A stretch of DNA of 63,749 bases, filler included, from Octopus bimaculoides (taxonomy: Eukaryota): assembly GCF_001194135.2 (NCBI RefSeq). It is 5 parts of 5 records of this genome, joined end to end, with 100 filler letters (N's around TTAATTAATTAA, not from the genome) between each part and the next. Parts side by side here need not be neighbours in the genome. Positions count along the whole stretch, not along the records: positions 1 to 21,403 come from NC_069008.1; positions 21,504 to 50,229 come from NC_068987.1; 3 more parts are not named here. One strand, written 5' to 3'. The stretch's first letter is position 1, and each line of letters opens with the position of its first letter. The translations under genes were made by a program, and so were the position numbers. This document shows positions 12,218 through 23,155 of this stretch, in pieces. The notes beneath the pieces were generated by a model. The model was not told where the DNA came from and ran no database searches. It saw only the letters and a program-made list of their open reading frames with translations.

Positions 12218-13175
12218 TTAAGTCAGTTAACAGCTGGGTCTTAAAAGTCATCTGAAGGCTCATCGACGAAGGGATTGTGCTGTGGGATGGCGTATGATGT
12301 GTGTGTTGATGGGACGTCTATCAAGTCAAGATGAAGCAATTATCATATGTGTGTATATGTGTGTGTGTGCCTCTCTAGGAAGGAATGTACATATGTAATG
12401 TATTTATGTATGTTTATCTGTGTGCATGTACGTGCTTGTGTAAGCGAGACGTAAACAAAACAACGGCCTTGCTATCAACATTGGCAGTGCCACAAGCTTG
12501 CAGTCAACTACAAAAGGCCATCCTGGTTTGCGACTTTTTTTAACAATGTTCAGGTTGTTCGTCGTTCGAATAACAGGGCAATTAATTACTTATCGGAACG
12601 GAAATAGAATAGGATGGGCGCTCTTAAGTCCTGTTATTATCAGTTTCATGTTGTAATTTCGATTGCCTTTCATCACTTCCCTCTGATCTTGGGGCCCCCA
12701 ATATAACCACAATATTCGTGTATTAGAGTCACATACACCACAAAAGATAGAAAAATCAACCCAAACCCTTTTAAATCGTACACTACTGTCGTATGTGCAT
12801 AAGCGCTAGCGAGGGTGACCTCTCTACACAATATATGTGGTGGAAATAGCAGCCAAATTCACTAATCGTTAGATGATGGAGGTACATATCGAATGATATG
12901 ATCCTCGATGCACTGTGTGTGAAAAAACAGAGTCTAGAGGGCCACAGCTGGCGTGTCTTTTCGTCAGAGGCCTGACTTAGTAGCGAAGCTCAACAACGCA
13001 TACACTAAGAACCATTATTACCACTACTACGACTATTACATTAAACATAAACAAAACGTCCAGACTTACCTATGTCTTTCTGAAGATGGAAGGAAGAGGT
13101 CAGCGGGAAACAATATATGGGGTCAAAGGCAATAAAGGTCACAAGGGTCAACAGCGAAGCTCTGGACAACAACAT
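2331..13175 (-). CDS. SMPDL3: Acid sphingomyelinase-like phosphodiesterase (SMPDL3 family metallophosphoesterase), 6 exons: join(13070-13175, 9768-9999, 7115-7443, 5517-5680, 4479-4653, 2331-3025)
   Basis: Spliced product has a signal peptide, the calcineurin-like motifs DFHLD, WTGDSIPH, GNHD, AHVPPG and GHEHTD, and the SMPDL3 hallmarks GDYSCDSP, LNTNLYY, DPGGQFEWL and APAVTP..NNPGVRLY. Intron phases 1,2,1,0,1 are all consistent. Total is 1626 nt (541 aa + stop) once the 75-nt gap duplication in exon 3 is removed. The 3A versus 3B subtype cannot be assigned. Confidence 0.93.
3182..3429. mobile_element. Probable hAT-type MITE in SMPDL3 intron 5
   Basis: Imperfect terminal inverted repeats CCAGAAGGTCCCAAAGT / AGTCTGGGAACTACTG resembling CAGTGGTTCCCAAA ends; no clear TSD. 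Confidence 0.35.
3620..4460. repeat. (CCA/ACC)n-rich low-complexity tract with internal 60-bp duplication; spans a gap
   Basis: Direct reading. CAACTACAACCATCCACCATGATCATCTCCACTATTACCACC occurs twice in 4290-4410. Confidence 0.85.
4479..4653 (-). CDS. SMPDL3: SMPDL3-like exon 5
   Basis: ttgtag|GTG TTA CTG ATG ... VLLMAHVPPGIFERR...QIYGHEHTDTFRLLYE G|gtaaga. Confidence 0.92.
4861..4909 (+). ncRNA. Minimal type-I hammerhead-ribozyme-like motif (Penelope terminal-repeat type) with a U4C change
   Basis: GTTT-CCGATGA-AGGGA(TACATTGGATTT)TCCCT-GAAAC-AGCT-GTA-AGAC. Stems I, II and III pair, stem III ACAGCTGT is palindromic, and the triplet is GUA. Confidence 0.6.
5517..5680 (-). CDS. SMPDL3: SMPDL3-like exon 4
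   Basis: tttccag|CT GGG TAC TAC; GYYSTLISTGFRLISLNTNLYY...DPGGQFEWLQAQLELATQNKEK|gtgagt. Confidence 0.92.
5990..6503 (+). mobile_element. RTE-type LINE 3'UTR fragment (5'-truncated)
   Basis: Matches 14260-14785 (CCTTCATTGGACACTAAACTCTGCTTG...GAGTGGTTGGC.TTAGGAA.GGCATCCAGCTGTAGAAA...CCAACCCATGCTAGCATGG) and ends in a (GAT)n tail. Confidence 0.8.
7115..7443 (-). CDS. SMPDL3: SMPDL3-like exon 3 (true length ~254 nt; includes a 65-nt duplication plus 10 N artefact)
   Basis: ctttcag|G GAC AGC ATC; DSIPHIKD...YPTVGNHDAYPSNQMP...QAQFIT G|gtgagt. Confidence 0.92.
7565..7915 (-). mobile_element. SINE family A (tRNA-derived head, internal TA/TG microsatellite), truncated by a gap
   Basis: Reverse complement reads ACCACATGGTTCCGGGTTCAGTCCCACTGCATGGCACCTTGGGC...GTAGACGGAAACT...GGTGCTCCAGCATGGCCGCAGTCAAATGACTGAAACAAGTAAAAGAG, as in the other copies. 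Confidence 0.85.
8596..9003 (+). mobile_element. Two successive RTE LINE 3'-end fragments
   Basis: Both carry CCAGTCCTCAGTCAA.TCGTCCAACCCATGCTAGCATGGAAAGC.GACGTTAAAC followed by (GAT)n. Confidence 0.8.
9051..9740. mobile_element. Three tandem copies of an ~200-270 bp piggyBac-like MITE
   Basis: Each unit starts (T)TAA-CCCTTTAGCATTC (variants at ~9051, 9256, 9526) and shares internal AAATGTAATGCTTATTTATTCACATTG. The array ends TTTAAAGGCTGAAAAG-TTAA. Other fragments at ~5350-5398 and 17470-17535. Confidence 0.55.
9768..9999 (-). CDS. SMPDL3: SMPDL3-like exon 2
   Basis: caatcag|GC ACA ATA TGG; TIWQVTDFHLD...GDYSCDSPWALVSSAV...PDFILWTG|gtaagt. Confidence 0.93.
10690..11772 (+). mobile_element. 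L1/Tx1-clade LINE remnant: decayed ORF2 apurinic-endonuclease domain (10690-~11515) followed by a probable 3'UTR/tail
   Basis: MATLHVSCLNVHSL...VATETKL...FRLIGIYAP...IVMLGDFNAILD...SYKDRIVV...YTDHKLV...GSGYRKLN, with stops and frameshifts; no RT domain visible. Confidence 0.8.
13070..13175 (-). CDS. SMPDL3: SMPDL3-like exon 1 (signal peptide)
   Basis: ATG at 13175: MLLSRASLLTLVTFIAFDPIYCFPLTSSFHLQKDI G|gtaagt. Hydrophobic N-terminus; phase 1 joins exon 2 to give IGTIWQVTDFHLD. It is below the ORF-track cutoff. Confidence 0.85.
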
Positions 13176-13219
13176 TGCTAGCAACAGTAAATAAGGTATT
13201 TGTAAACGGACGGGTATGT

Positions 13220-13229
13220 ATCACGTGAT
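13220..13229. promoter_or_regulatory. Palindromic E-box ATCACGTGAT (CLEAR/MiT-TFE-like)
   Basis: Perfect 10-bp palindrome 45 bp upstream of the SMPDL3-like start codon. Confidence 0.45.
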
Positions 13230-13462
13230 TGTCATCAGAGACACCTAGCCAGCAAAGCTAGCAACTGTGCGTGGTGTAAGGGAAATAACTACATATGAGT
13301 TAATGGCGAATGATTTCCACTTTTTTTTTTCTGTCCATTTAAAACACTTTTATATTCCTAGGCGCAGGTATGGCTGTGTTGTGAAAAGCATGGCTCCGGG
13401 TTCAGTCCTACTGCATGGCACCCTGGGCAGGTGTCTTCTGNNNNNNNNNNNNNNNNNNNNNN

Positions 13463-14785
13463 ACAGATGGCCCTGCTCGATCTATAGAAAAGTCGGAGGC
13501 AGAATCTCTATAAGATGTACCCAATGTAACCTATGTAAGCATAAGAAGTGCAGCAATATCAAAGGAAGGCTAACTGGGAAGATAGTTTTTGTATGTGGCA
13601 GATACTCAGGAGCAATAAACACTGAAAAAAACTAGAAGTAGTTGATAGCTTCCGTTACCTAGGTGACCAAGTCAGTAGTGGGGGTGGGTGCTCTGAGAGT
13701 GTAGCTGCTAGAATAAGAATAGCCTGGGTAAAGTTCAGAGAGCTCTTACCTCTGCTGGTGACAAAGGGTCTCTCGCTCAGAGTAAAAGGTAGACTGTGTG
13801 ACGCATGTGTATGAACAGCCATGCTACATGGCAGTGAAACATGGGCCGTGACTGCTCTGAGGGCATGCATAAGCTTGCAAGGAATGAAGCCAGTATGCTT
13901 CACTAGATGTGTGATGTCAGTGTGCATACTCGACAGAGAAAAGTTAGACCTAAAAAGCATCAGATGTGGTGTGCAAGAGGGACGACTGCGCTGGTATGGT
14001 CATGTGATACATATGGACGAGGATAGCTGTGTGAAAAAGTGTCACAGCCTAGCAGTTGAGGGAACTCGTGGAAGAGGCAGGCCCAGGAAGACCTCGGATG
14101 AGGTGGTGAAGCACGACCTTTAGACATTAGACCTCACCGAGGCAATGACTAGTGACCGAGACCTTTGGAAATATGCTGTGCTTGAGAAGACCCGGCAAGC
14201 CAAGTGAGACCATAACCTGTGGCCTATGCCAGTGAGGTAACCAGCTCATTTATGTATACCTTTCCTTCATTGGACACTAAACTCTGCTTGTGAGACCTGT
14301 TGAGGCAAGTGAAATCGAAATCAAATTTGATGACAGCACCGCATGATTGGCATCTGTGCCAGTGGAGTGCTAAGAGCACCATCCAAGCATAATCGTTGCC
14401 AGGGCTGCTGACTGGCCCCCGTGCCAGAGGAACATAAAAAGCACTATTTGATCATGATTGTTACCAGTGTTGCCTTACTGGGACTTGCACCAGTGACAAC
14501 GTGAAAAACATTAGAGCGAGCTCGTTGCCAGTGCCGCTGGACTGGCTCCTGTGCAGGTGGCACGTAATAAAACACCATTTGAGCATGGCTGTTGCCAGTA
14601 CCGCCTGACTGGCCCTTATGCTGGTGACATGTAAAGGCATCCACTACACTCTCGGAGTGGTTGGCATTAGGAAGGGCATCCAGCTGTAGAAATCTTGCCA
14701 AATCAGACTGGAACCTGGTGCGGCTCCTCCGCTTACCAGTTTTCAAACCATCCAACCCATGCCAGCATGGCAAGTGGACATTAAA
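13463..14785 (+). mobile_element. RTE-clade LINE, 5'-truncated or gap-truncated: decayed RT C-terminus plus 3'UTR
   Basis: VDSFRYLG...RIRIAWVKFRELLPLL...MLHGSETWAV...RLRWYGHV...GRGRPRKT, then a UTR ending CCAACCCATGCCAGCATGG and a (GAT)-like tail. A SINE-A head precedes the gap at 13358-13440. Confidence 0.88.
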
Positions 14786-15303
14786 TGATTATGATGATAA
14801 TTTCAGAAGTCCAGAAAATACCACACAACAAATATTGCTGTTATAAAACTTTAATTTCAATTTCATGAGATTTATAAAATTAAATTTTTATTAACATTTT
14901 GCTCTGAGCATTTTATCAAAAATCTAAGAGGTAAGATATAACAAATCACTCACTTAATTCTTTTATCTTTATTTTATTTTTATTGTTTGTTTTTTTACTT
15001 GTTGCAGTCATTTGAGTGCGGTCATGTTGGAGCACTACCTTGAAGGGGTTTTGTCAAATAAATCAACCTCAGGACTTATTTCTGAAGCTTAGTATTTATT
15101 TTATTGATCTCTTTTACCAAACTTCTAAATTAAGAGGACATAAACACACCAACACCGGTTGTCAAGTGATGACATTCCTCAACAAAAAAAAAAAGATTGG
15201 TATAATAAAACTGCTTTCCACAATTAAGGTTAATGAAATTTAATGACACATAATTCTTTTTCCAAGACATATTTATAAATTTCAAGATTACAGCACACAT
15301 TGA

Positions 15304-15633
15304 AGGCACATAGCTCAGTGGTTAGAGCGTTGGGCTTACAATCATGAGGTAGTGGGTTCAATTTCTGGACTGGGCTGTTATTCTTGAGCAAGACACTTTA
15401 TTTTCATTGCTCCAGTTCACTCAACTGTAGAAATGAGTTGCGACATCACTGGTGCCAAGCTGTATCGGACCCCTTTGCCTTTCCCTTGGATGACATCGGT
15501 GGCATGGAGAGGAGAGGCTGGTATGCATGGGCGACTGCTGATCTTCCATAAATAACCTTGCTCAGACTTGTGCCTCAAAGGAGAACTTTCCAGGTGCAAT
15601 CCCATGGTCATCCGTAACCTAAAAACAGGGTCT
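15304..15633 (+). mobile_element. SINE family C (tRNA-derived)
   Basis: A-box TAGCTCAGTGG, B-box GGTTCAATTTC, then the TTCTTGAGCAAGACACTT conserved block. Confidence 0.75.
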
Positions 15634-15834
15634 TTACCGTTTATAGTACACAAAATATATTTCCAACATACTTCACAATAATACTATTTTATTTTCCTCT
15701 CTAGTAATCAGCTGTGGATTACAAGTCTAGGTTTCCTTCAAACTGCATATATTTCACACATATTTCTGCACACATTTCACACCGGTTCAGATTTCTATCC
15801 CGGGTTAATAATTTGTTAACTACTCTCTGAATGG

Positions 15835-16005
15835 ACTACACGCTCTGAGTGGTTGGCATTAGGAAGGGCATCCAGCTGTAGAAACTCTGCCAAATTTAGA
15901 TTGGAGCCTGGTGTTGCCATCTGGTTTCACCAGTCCTCAGTCAAGTCGTCCAACCCATGCTAGCATGGAAAGCGGACGTTAAACGATGATGATGATGATG
16001 ATGAT
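15835..16005 (+). mobile_element. RTE LINE 3'-end fragment
   Basis: Same terminal sequence as the 8596-8707 copy, with a (GAT)n tail. Confidence 0.8.
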
Positions 16006-16044
16006 GAGAGTATAGGATTCCCAAACAAAGCTTCCCTAAATATT

Positions 16045-16261
16045 CTTTTGTATTCTTGGTACAAGGCCTGAAATTTCAGGGGAAGGGGCCAGTCGATTAG
16101 ATCGACCCCCATTACACAACTGGTACTTAATTTATCAACTCCAAAAAGACGAAAGGCAAAGTCGACTTCAGCGGAATTCGAACTCAGAATGTAAAGACAG
16201 ACAAAATACCACTAAGCATTTCGCCTGGCGTCCTAACGTTTCTGCCAGTTCACAGCCTTAG
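16045..16261 (-). mobile_element. SINE family B with 15-bp target-site duplication
   Basis: GCTTCCCTAAATATT at 16030-16044 and 16262-16276; body reverse complement CTGAGTTCGAATTCCGCTGAAGTCGACTTTGCC. Confidence 0.85.
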
Positions 16262-16280
16262 GCTTCCCTAAATATTATGA

Positions 16281-16506
16281 CCCTTTAACTGCAAAATCAA
16301 ATTTATTTAATAATTATTCCGGTAATGATCTTAAATATCTAACAAGAAATAGAATCAGTTGTCTTTATAAACTTGGCATATCTTAACAAAAACAATTTCA
16401 AACATGACATTCCTCAACAAAAGATAGATTGACATATAAAACTATTTTCTGCAATTAAGGTTAACGACATTTTTAGTGGAAATATCTGATTTCTGCAGTG
16501 AAAGGG
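16281..16506. mobile_element. piggyBac-like MITE
   Basis: TIRs CCCTTTAACTGCA / TGCAGTGAAAGGG with degenerate TTAA-like flanks (ATGA, CTAA); partial copy at ~15170-15245. Confidence 0.55.
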
Positions 16507-16899
16507 CTAATGAGATGTTTTTTTCCTGAAACAAGAACACTTTTGTAGACTACAAGAAAAACTTCAAAGAAAATAATTCTTTGACACATCTCACCGTGAT
16601 AAATATTATTCACTTAACCACTTTTTTACTGGCTGGGAATGCAGAAAGGGACAGTACTTATGGCCTGTGCTGGCTCTCTTAGACTGGTGGGGATTGATGC
16701 CATTAACGTTCCTCTCAAACCTTTGTAAATGAACACCTACAGGGAGGGATATGGCGGGAGGGGGGGTGCAGAGGAAAAACCGGGTGAAAGAACCTGGGAT
16801 ATTGGACAAGGGTGATGTGGGATTGGGAATGTCTGAATAGACACTACATGAACCCAGTCAGTTCTCACTCTCTCATACACTACGCTTGCCTCTCTGCTC

Positions 16900-17480
16900 C
16901 TGCACTGGGGGGGGGGGGGCTACGGAACATGTTATCTCTCTTCTCAGTTTTGTCCTGTCTACTGGATTGGATTACCTATGTTCAGTAAGCATTTTGCCCA
17001 GCATGCTAATGATTTTGCCAGCTCACTACCTGTCTACTATACTATTATTACTATTTCTGTTACACTTCCTCCTCGCTTATTTTACCCTGTCAGTCGTTTT
17101 CTATTCTCCTCTTACTTCAACTCAGATGTATGAGAGATCACCACCTGACCTCTTATGCACCCAATCACTACAACCGTCCTTCAACCCTCTCAGTTGTTGC
17201 CTACCTTCCCTCCTTATCTTTTAAAACTTGTTCTCCATTCATTATATTCACCCCTGCACCAATTTCCTCATTCTAACCCTCCTTCAATCTCCCATACACT
17301 TTCACGCAACCTCTACCCACGCATACTTGCTATTGTCCTGTCCCCACTCACTTCGTACTTTGTGGGTCCATTCAGACACCTCATCGCCACTATTTCTTTC
17401 TCTTCAAGCTCCACCCCAGTCAATCCCAGCCTTTCGTCAATAATGTCAGTAGCCATGCGGCCGTACTTCGTTAGCCCTTT
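16900..17480 (-). pseudogene. Degenerate coding-like remnant, possibly non-LTR retrotransposon ORF1
   Basis: Minus strand reads LTKYGRMATDIIDERLGLTGVELEEKEIVAMRCLNGPTKYEV, then multiple stops. The family assignment is a guess. Confidence 0.25.
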
Positions 17481-17998
17481 AGTATCCAGATCATTCTGTC
17501 AATTTATTCACATTGCTTTGAATTAATTATGTCTTAAGAATCATTGACACCCCTGGCAGATTGGAAGAATGGACTAGCCGAACTCTTATAAAGAGTAGAG
17601 GTCGGTAGCAGTATGAGTGCCACTGCAAGCACAAATAAGTAAGTAATAAATCCACCTTTCTCTCTACTGTAGTCCCACTCATATGAAGGGAATCTTAGTC
17701 TCAGAAGCTGCATTGGGAATCTCACCTGAGCTGGTATCATAAAAAAAAAGAAAAAAAGAAACCAAAAAACAAAAACAGAAAAAGTACACAATACACACCA
17801 TGAAGTGGTTGGTGTTTAGAAGTGAACCAAGCTATAGAAACCATATCAAATACTGGTGCACAGTGCAGTCCTCAAACACACTGGATCCTGTCAAAGTGTC
17901 CTATGCGTACCAGTATGGAACATGGACACTTAAATGAAGATCATCATCATCATCGTCATCAACATCGTCATAGTCATTCACAGAGGAAGGATTTTTTT

Positions 17999-19586
17999 TC
18001 AAGTGTGAATTTTTTTGTGCCTGGCAAGATTAGAACTACTTCTGAACGATTTCTCGCAAATTTCACAATAATAAGGTTTTTCCCCAGTGTGGATTCTTAC
18101 ATGATTGACAAGGTTAGCATTATTACTGAACGATTTTCCACATATTTCACAGTGACAGGGTTTCTCACCTGTATGTATTCTTTTGTGTCTGGTTAAATCA
18201 CTGTTATTCACAAAAGCTTTCTCACATATGTCACAGCGATAAGCTTTCTCGCCGGTGTGTATCTTTTTGTGAGTCGTCAAGGCACTGTTATTCACAAAAT
18301 GTTTCCCACATATATCACAGTGGAATGGTTTCTCTCCGGTGTGTGTTGTTTCGTGATATAAAAGACGCGAACGAGAGGAGAAGGATTTACCACAGATTTC
18401 GCAATGATGTCGTTTCTCCCCAGTGTGTACTCTGTTGTGACATACAAGATGTGAAATCTGAATGAAAGATTTCCCACAAATTTCACAATGATATGGCTTT
18501 TCTCCAGTATGTGTTCTTTTGTGATCTATAAGACTAGAATTAACCGAAAACGATTTTCCACAAATTTCACAGTGCTTAGGTTTCTCCTCATTGTGAATTT
18601 TTTTGTGTCTTGTTAAATCACCTTTATCCACAAAAGATTTTCCACATATTTCACAGTGGAATGGTCTTTCTCCTGTGTGCATTGTCTTATGGTGTACAAG
18701 ACTGGAATTCAAAGAGAACGATTTGCCACAGACTTCACAGTCATAGCGTTTTTCTCCAGAGTGTATTGTTTTATGTTGTACAAGCCTGGATTTAAGAGAG
18801 AAAGATTTACCACAGATTTCACAGTGGTATGGCGTTTCTCCAGTGTGAATACGTATATGAGTAACTAGACTCGATTTTTGACTGAAACTTTTTTCACATA
18901 CTTCACACTGGAATGGCCTTTCTCCCGTGTGTATTCTCTTGTGACTTTTTAAATAACTATTAAGAGCAAACGATCTTCCACATATTCCACAGCGGAAAGG
19001 TTTGTTTCCAGTGTGACTATGTTTATGGATGGCAAGATTATAATTGTCAGAGAAAAATTTACCACAAATTTCACAGGGAAACGGTTTTTCTCCGGTGTNN
19101 NNNNNNNNNNNNNNNNNNNNNNNNNNNNNNNNNNNNNNNNNNNNNNNNNNNNNNNNNNNNNNNNNNNNNNNNNNNNNNNNNNNNNNNNNNNNNNNNNNNN
19201 NNNNNNNNNNNNNNNNNNNNNNNNNNNNNNNNNNNNNNNNNNNNNNNNNNNNNNNNNNNNNNNNNNNNNNNNNNNNNNNNNNNNNNNNNNNNNNNNNNNN
19301 NNNNNNNNNNNNNNNNNNNNNNNNNNNNNNNNNNNNNNNNNNNNNNNNNNNNNNNTTTAAGTAACGGACTTTGCCAAACGACTTCCCACAAATTTCACAG
19401 CAAACATTTTTGTCCAATGATTTTTCTTCAGCAAGCATTTCACAGTCTAATGTTTTCTCGTCACTATAAGTCTGCGTTACAATATCCGAATTGATAACAA
19501 TCGAGTTGGGAATATCCAAGGGTTTAACGTCCTCCATATTCACTCCAGGTAGGCTTCTCTGGGATATTGTGAGTCTCTTTTCACAA
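17999..19586 (-). CDS. Tandem C2H2 zinc-finger protein (13 complete fingers, 1 partial, ~3 more likely in the 257-N gap)
   Basis: Repeated CxxC-x12-HxxxH with TGEKP linkers; TGA at 17999. Acceptor ttttacccag| at 19586, first in-frame ATG at 19537 (MEDVKP). The ORF-track start at 19603 is not an ATG. Confidence 0.93.
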
Positions 19587-21503
19587 CTGGGTAAAATATA
19601 CAATATGCATATAATTTCTACTTACCCCCAGTATACTCGTTGCTGACTATGTCCATATGGCACAAATACATATTAAAAAAAAAATTCCTTTCTTTTTTTA
19701 TCTACGTTATGAAATATGGTCATGGCTTAATAAGTGCGTTATAGTCTAAAAAGTATTATGGGTCTGTCTGGAAAATACGCATGTGTGTGTGTCTGTATGT
19801 AGTACGATGAATTCACATTTGTTCACCCCTGTGGTGGCAACAGAATTGATTAAGGATTTAAATTGGCAAGTCAACTACAAACGAAAGAAATATTATCAAA
19901 GTTATTCAACCATTATTCGGCCCCTGAAGTCCATATTCTTGTAAACGATTCAGGACGTAACCGAATTTGGTAACAAAATTAAATATTTCATCGTCACGGT
20001 GACGAAGCACCGAGTTTGAAACATCTTAGCTGGCTCTATGTTATCGGCAAATATCAATGTTTACCTTACAACGAGATAATTACATTCGCTCAGGTAATTA
20101 TAAATAGATTAAGTACACGGTGTAGTGGACAATTTTTCCCTTGCATAAAATCATACCGGAGACATGAGTTTAATGTCCCTAACAATTTAATTCATCCAGA
20201 AATATTTTTAATCCTATCAGTTCGCTCTTGCAGTTGCCCCCAACCGACTGTAAATTCACAAAATATTACCCAGGAAAATAACTATTGTGTATCAATGCGG
20301 CTTCCCCTCTATTGTTAGCAAAACTGAAGTATTTCGGTTTTAGATACAAAATGATGGCAAGATGTTGTTATCTCCCGTACCAATAACCAACAACCGGGTA
20401 CTTGATATTGCTTTTATGTTGTTATGTAGCACAGTTTGTATATTAGTTTGGTCGTTATTACATTGAGATTGTCAAATTTTCTCATACTAAAGAGGTCACT
20501 CTGCATAAACTATTCAAACCGCGAGAAATGTCGACATGTTTCGGTGGATGGATGGACGGACAGACAGAAGGGCAAACAGATACATAAGTATAAGTTGACA
20601 GGCTAGCAGGCATACTTCTTCGAGGTGTGCACCGAACATTAGTTCTTAATGCCAGCGTTTAATTCTTTCATGACCAATTTTATGGTCTCTAGTTAATCGA
20701 ATTACTCTTTTACTTGTTTCAGTCATTTGACTGCGGCCATGCTGGAGNNNNNNNNNNNNNNNNNNNNNNNNNNNNNNNNNNNNNNNNNNNNNNNNNNNNN
20801 NNNNNNNNNNNNNNNNNNNNNNNNNNNNNNNNNNNNNNNNNNNNNNNAGAAACAGTTTAAGGTGAAAAAAACAAACCTAACCCTCCCATAGCAAATCCTT
20901 CCTCCACGTCACACTGCCTCGCTACTCCATCACCACCACCACCACACTGGTCTTTCCCATCCCATTACACAACCCTCTTCTCGCACCACTATGTTGTATG
21001 TTTGTGGGTGGCTGTGACTTGAATGTATAACAAATATTTGAATGTATATGCGTAGGAATAATGCGTGTGTGTGTGTTGTTTTGTGTTGTGTCTGGTGATT
21101 AGTAACCAAAGCTAACAGTTTGGCTGTCTGTAGTTTGCTAGGCTAGAGAAAATATTAGCTTGCTTGGAAATAGAGCATCTGTCCATAGAAAAACTGCCTC
21201 AATGAAGCCTCAATTGACCGATGGGAGCAGAGAAAAGTGACCATTAAAAACGATGATGTTGATAGTCATGTGTATGCATGTATTTAATACCCTTTTTTGG
21301 GCTCTGAACAACTAATGGAGTTAAAAAAGTATCCATGTGACGACATACAGTGTGTTTAGGGTATTTTAAATCTGAAAGATCCCTTTCTCTCTACATGCGT
21401 AACNNNNNNNNNNNNNNNNNNNNNNNNNNNNNNNNNNNNNNNNNNNNTTAATTAATTAANNNNNNNNNNNNNNNNNNNNNNNNNNNNNNNNNNNNNNNNN
21501 NNN

Positions 21504-21558
<55 letters not shown>

Positions 21559-22025
21559 GTATGTATATATATATGTATATGTATACTACTTACGCGCGCG
21601 CACACACGCATACACACTCATAAATAGTCATACGTATTCAAATACATACAGCTATATGAATACATATATTCGAATATGCGAGCATGTGTGCGTGTGTGTT
21701 TTTTTCGTTTTTAATCACTTTTTACCATTTGTTCTTTTATATTTTCACGATTTTATAATAAATAATAAAATCTTTCTGCCTTTCATTCCTTGTTTCTTTT
21801 CTTCTTTCTTTCCTTCTTACTTTCTTTCATTTCTTTCTTTTACCCCCTCTTACATCCGCACCATTTTTTTTATTAATGCTATCCACTATTCTTATAATTA
21901 TTAACGATGTTGTCATAAACAAAATTATTACTAGTTTGCTAAAAGCTTCAGGTTGTCTTCGTTCGTTTATCGTTTCAGATGCTGCATTCACGGCGTAAAA
22001 AACATAATGTCCACACCGGTCGAGG

Positions 22026-22439
22026 ATGTTAGCTAATAACAATAATAATAATAATGCCATATCACTGCTAGTTTGGCTGCTTTGTATGTGGACCACAACA
22101 GGGTTCGCTACGAACGCTGCGTTAGACTATGACCAAATTCACATCCTTGGCCTCTGCGACTCGGACATTTACAAAGATTGCGTCGACGCCTTCACCAATT
22201 TTTTACCCAACAGTGACACCGTGGGACCTTTTCAGACGTTTTATTATAACTGGTCGGTGATTAAGGCCAAAAAGGATTTCGCTACTGGACTACGAGAGAT
22301 GGACGGTGTGTGCAGCAAATATACATACCACGTGATGGTAGCTTTCGGTTTAACACCGACAATGATGACAGCAGCGCTGACAGCTGACACGTTCAACATA
22401 ACGCTTTTGGCTTATGACACGACGCCTGGACACATTTTG
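22026..22439 (+). CDS. Exon 1 of a receptor with signal peptide and LIVBP/ANF-type amino-terminal domain (iGluR/ionotropic-receptor-like)
   Basis: MLAN7AISLLVWLLCMWTTTGFATNA signal; IHILGLCDSD...DAF and VCSKYTYHVMVAFG...TADTFNITLLAY parallel the AMPA-type IQIGGLF...SAF and FCSQFSRGVYAIFG...SFCGTLHVSFIT. Donor TTG|gtgagt, phase 0. Confidence 0.7.
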
Positions 22440-22473
22440 GTGAGTGATCGACTTTATTCTGATTTTCGTTATC

Positions 22474-22524
<51 letters not shown>

Positions 22525-23155
22525 GATTTATCGATCTATCTATCTATCTATCTACCTACCTACCTACCTACCTACCTACCTACCTACCTACCTACCTGCC
22601 TATCTATCTGTCTGTCTGTCGGGAACCTTGTAAAACAAATACATATTAGTAGGACCCGTGTAAATTCCACAGAATAGAAAAAATTAAGAGGATCTACTCA
22701 AGAAAAGAAAAGATGACTTGCATTTTTATAGCCTGTGTTCTATATCTGCGCATCTTTTCTCGGGCAGCTTGCAAACGTGTTTCTTCTGAATTAAGAGTTC
22801 AAGCTAAATTACTCATAAGCAAATATCAATTATTTAAGCAGCCGATGAATAATTGCTATTACGCGTATGCGATGGTAACTAGGAAAAAATAAATTGAAGA
22901 AAAAAAAATAAACTTTTCAATATCAACACACCACCGCTGCTATGTGCCTCCTCCCCCCTCTATCTTTCAATATAACCGCCTCCCCTGTCAATCTGTTTCT
23001 ATCTACCTTTCCCTCCAGTTAACTTTTTAATCACGTAATAAGTTTTCCTTGCCAACTCCACCGCGCGTCGTTAACACTTCTCGATCCTTCGTTTTCTTTT
23101 CTTATCTTTTTCTCCCATCATCTTTTTTTCTCTCATTCTTCGCCTCTACCTTCAG

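Noticed and set aside
15304-15380. tRNA-like sequence with A and B boxes
   Set aside because: No acceptor stem closure, and it continues into a SINE body; a SINE head, not a tRNA gene.
19587-19660. Short upstream ATG exon (MDIVSNEYTG|gtaag) for the zinc-finger gene
   Set aside because: The implied intron is only 39 nt, and the phase does not match the finger frame.
21448-21459. TTAATTAATTAA islands inside N runs (also 50274, 58634, 61906)
   Set aside because: An identical palindromic 12-mer with stops in all six frames, always flanked by Ns; an assembly or masking spacer, not biology.
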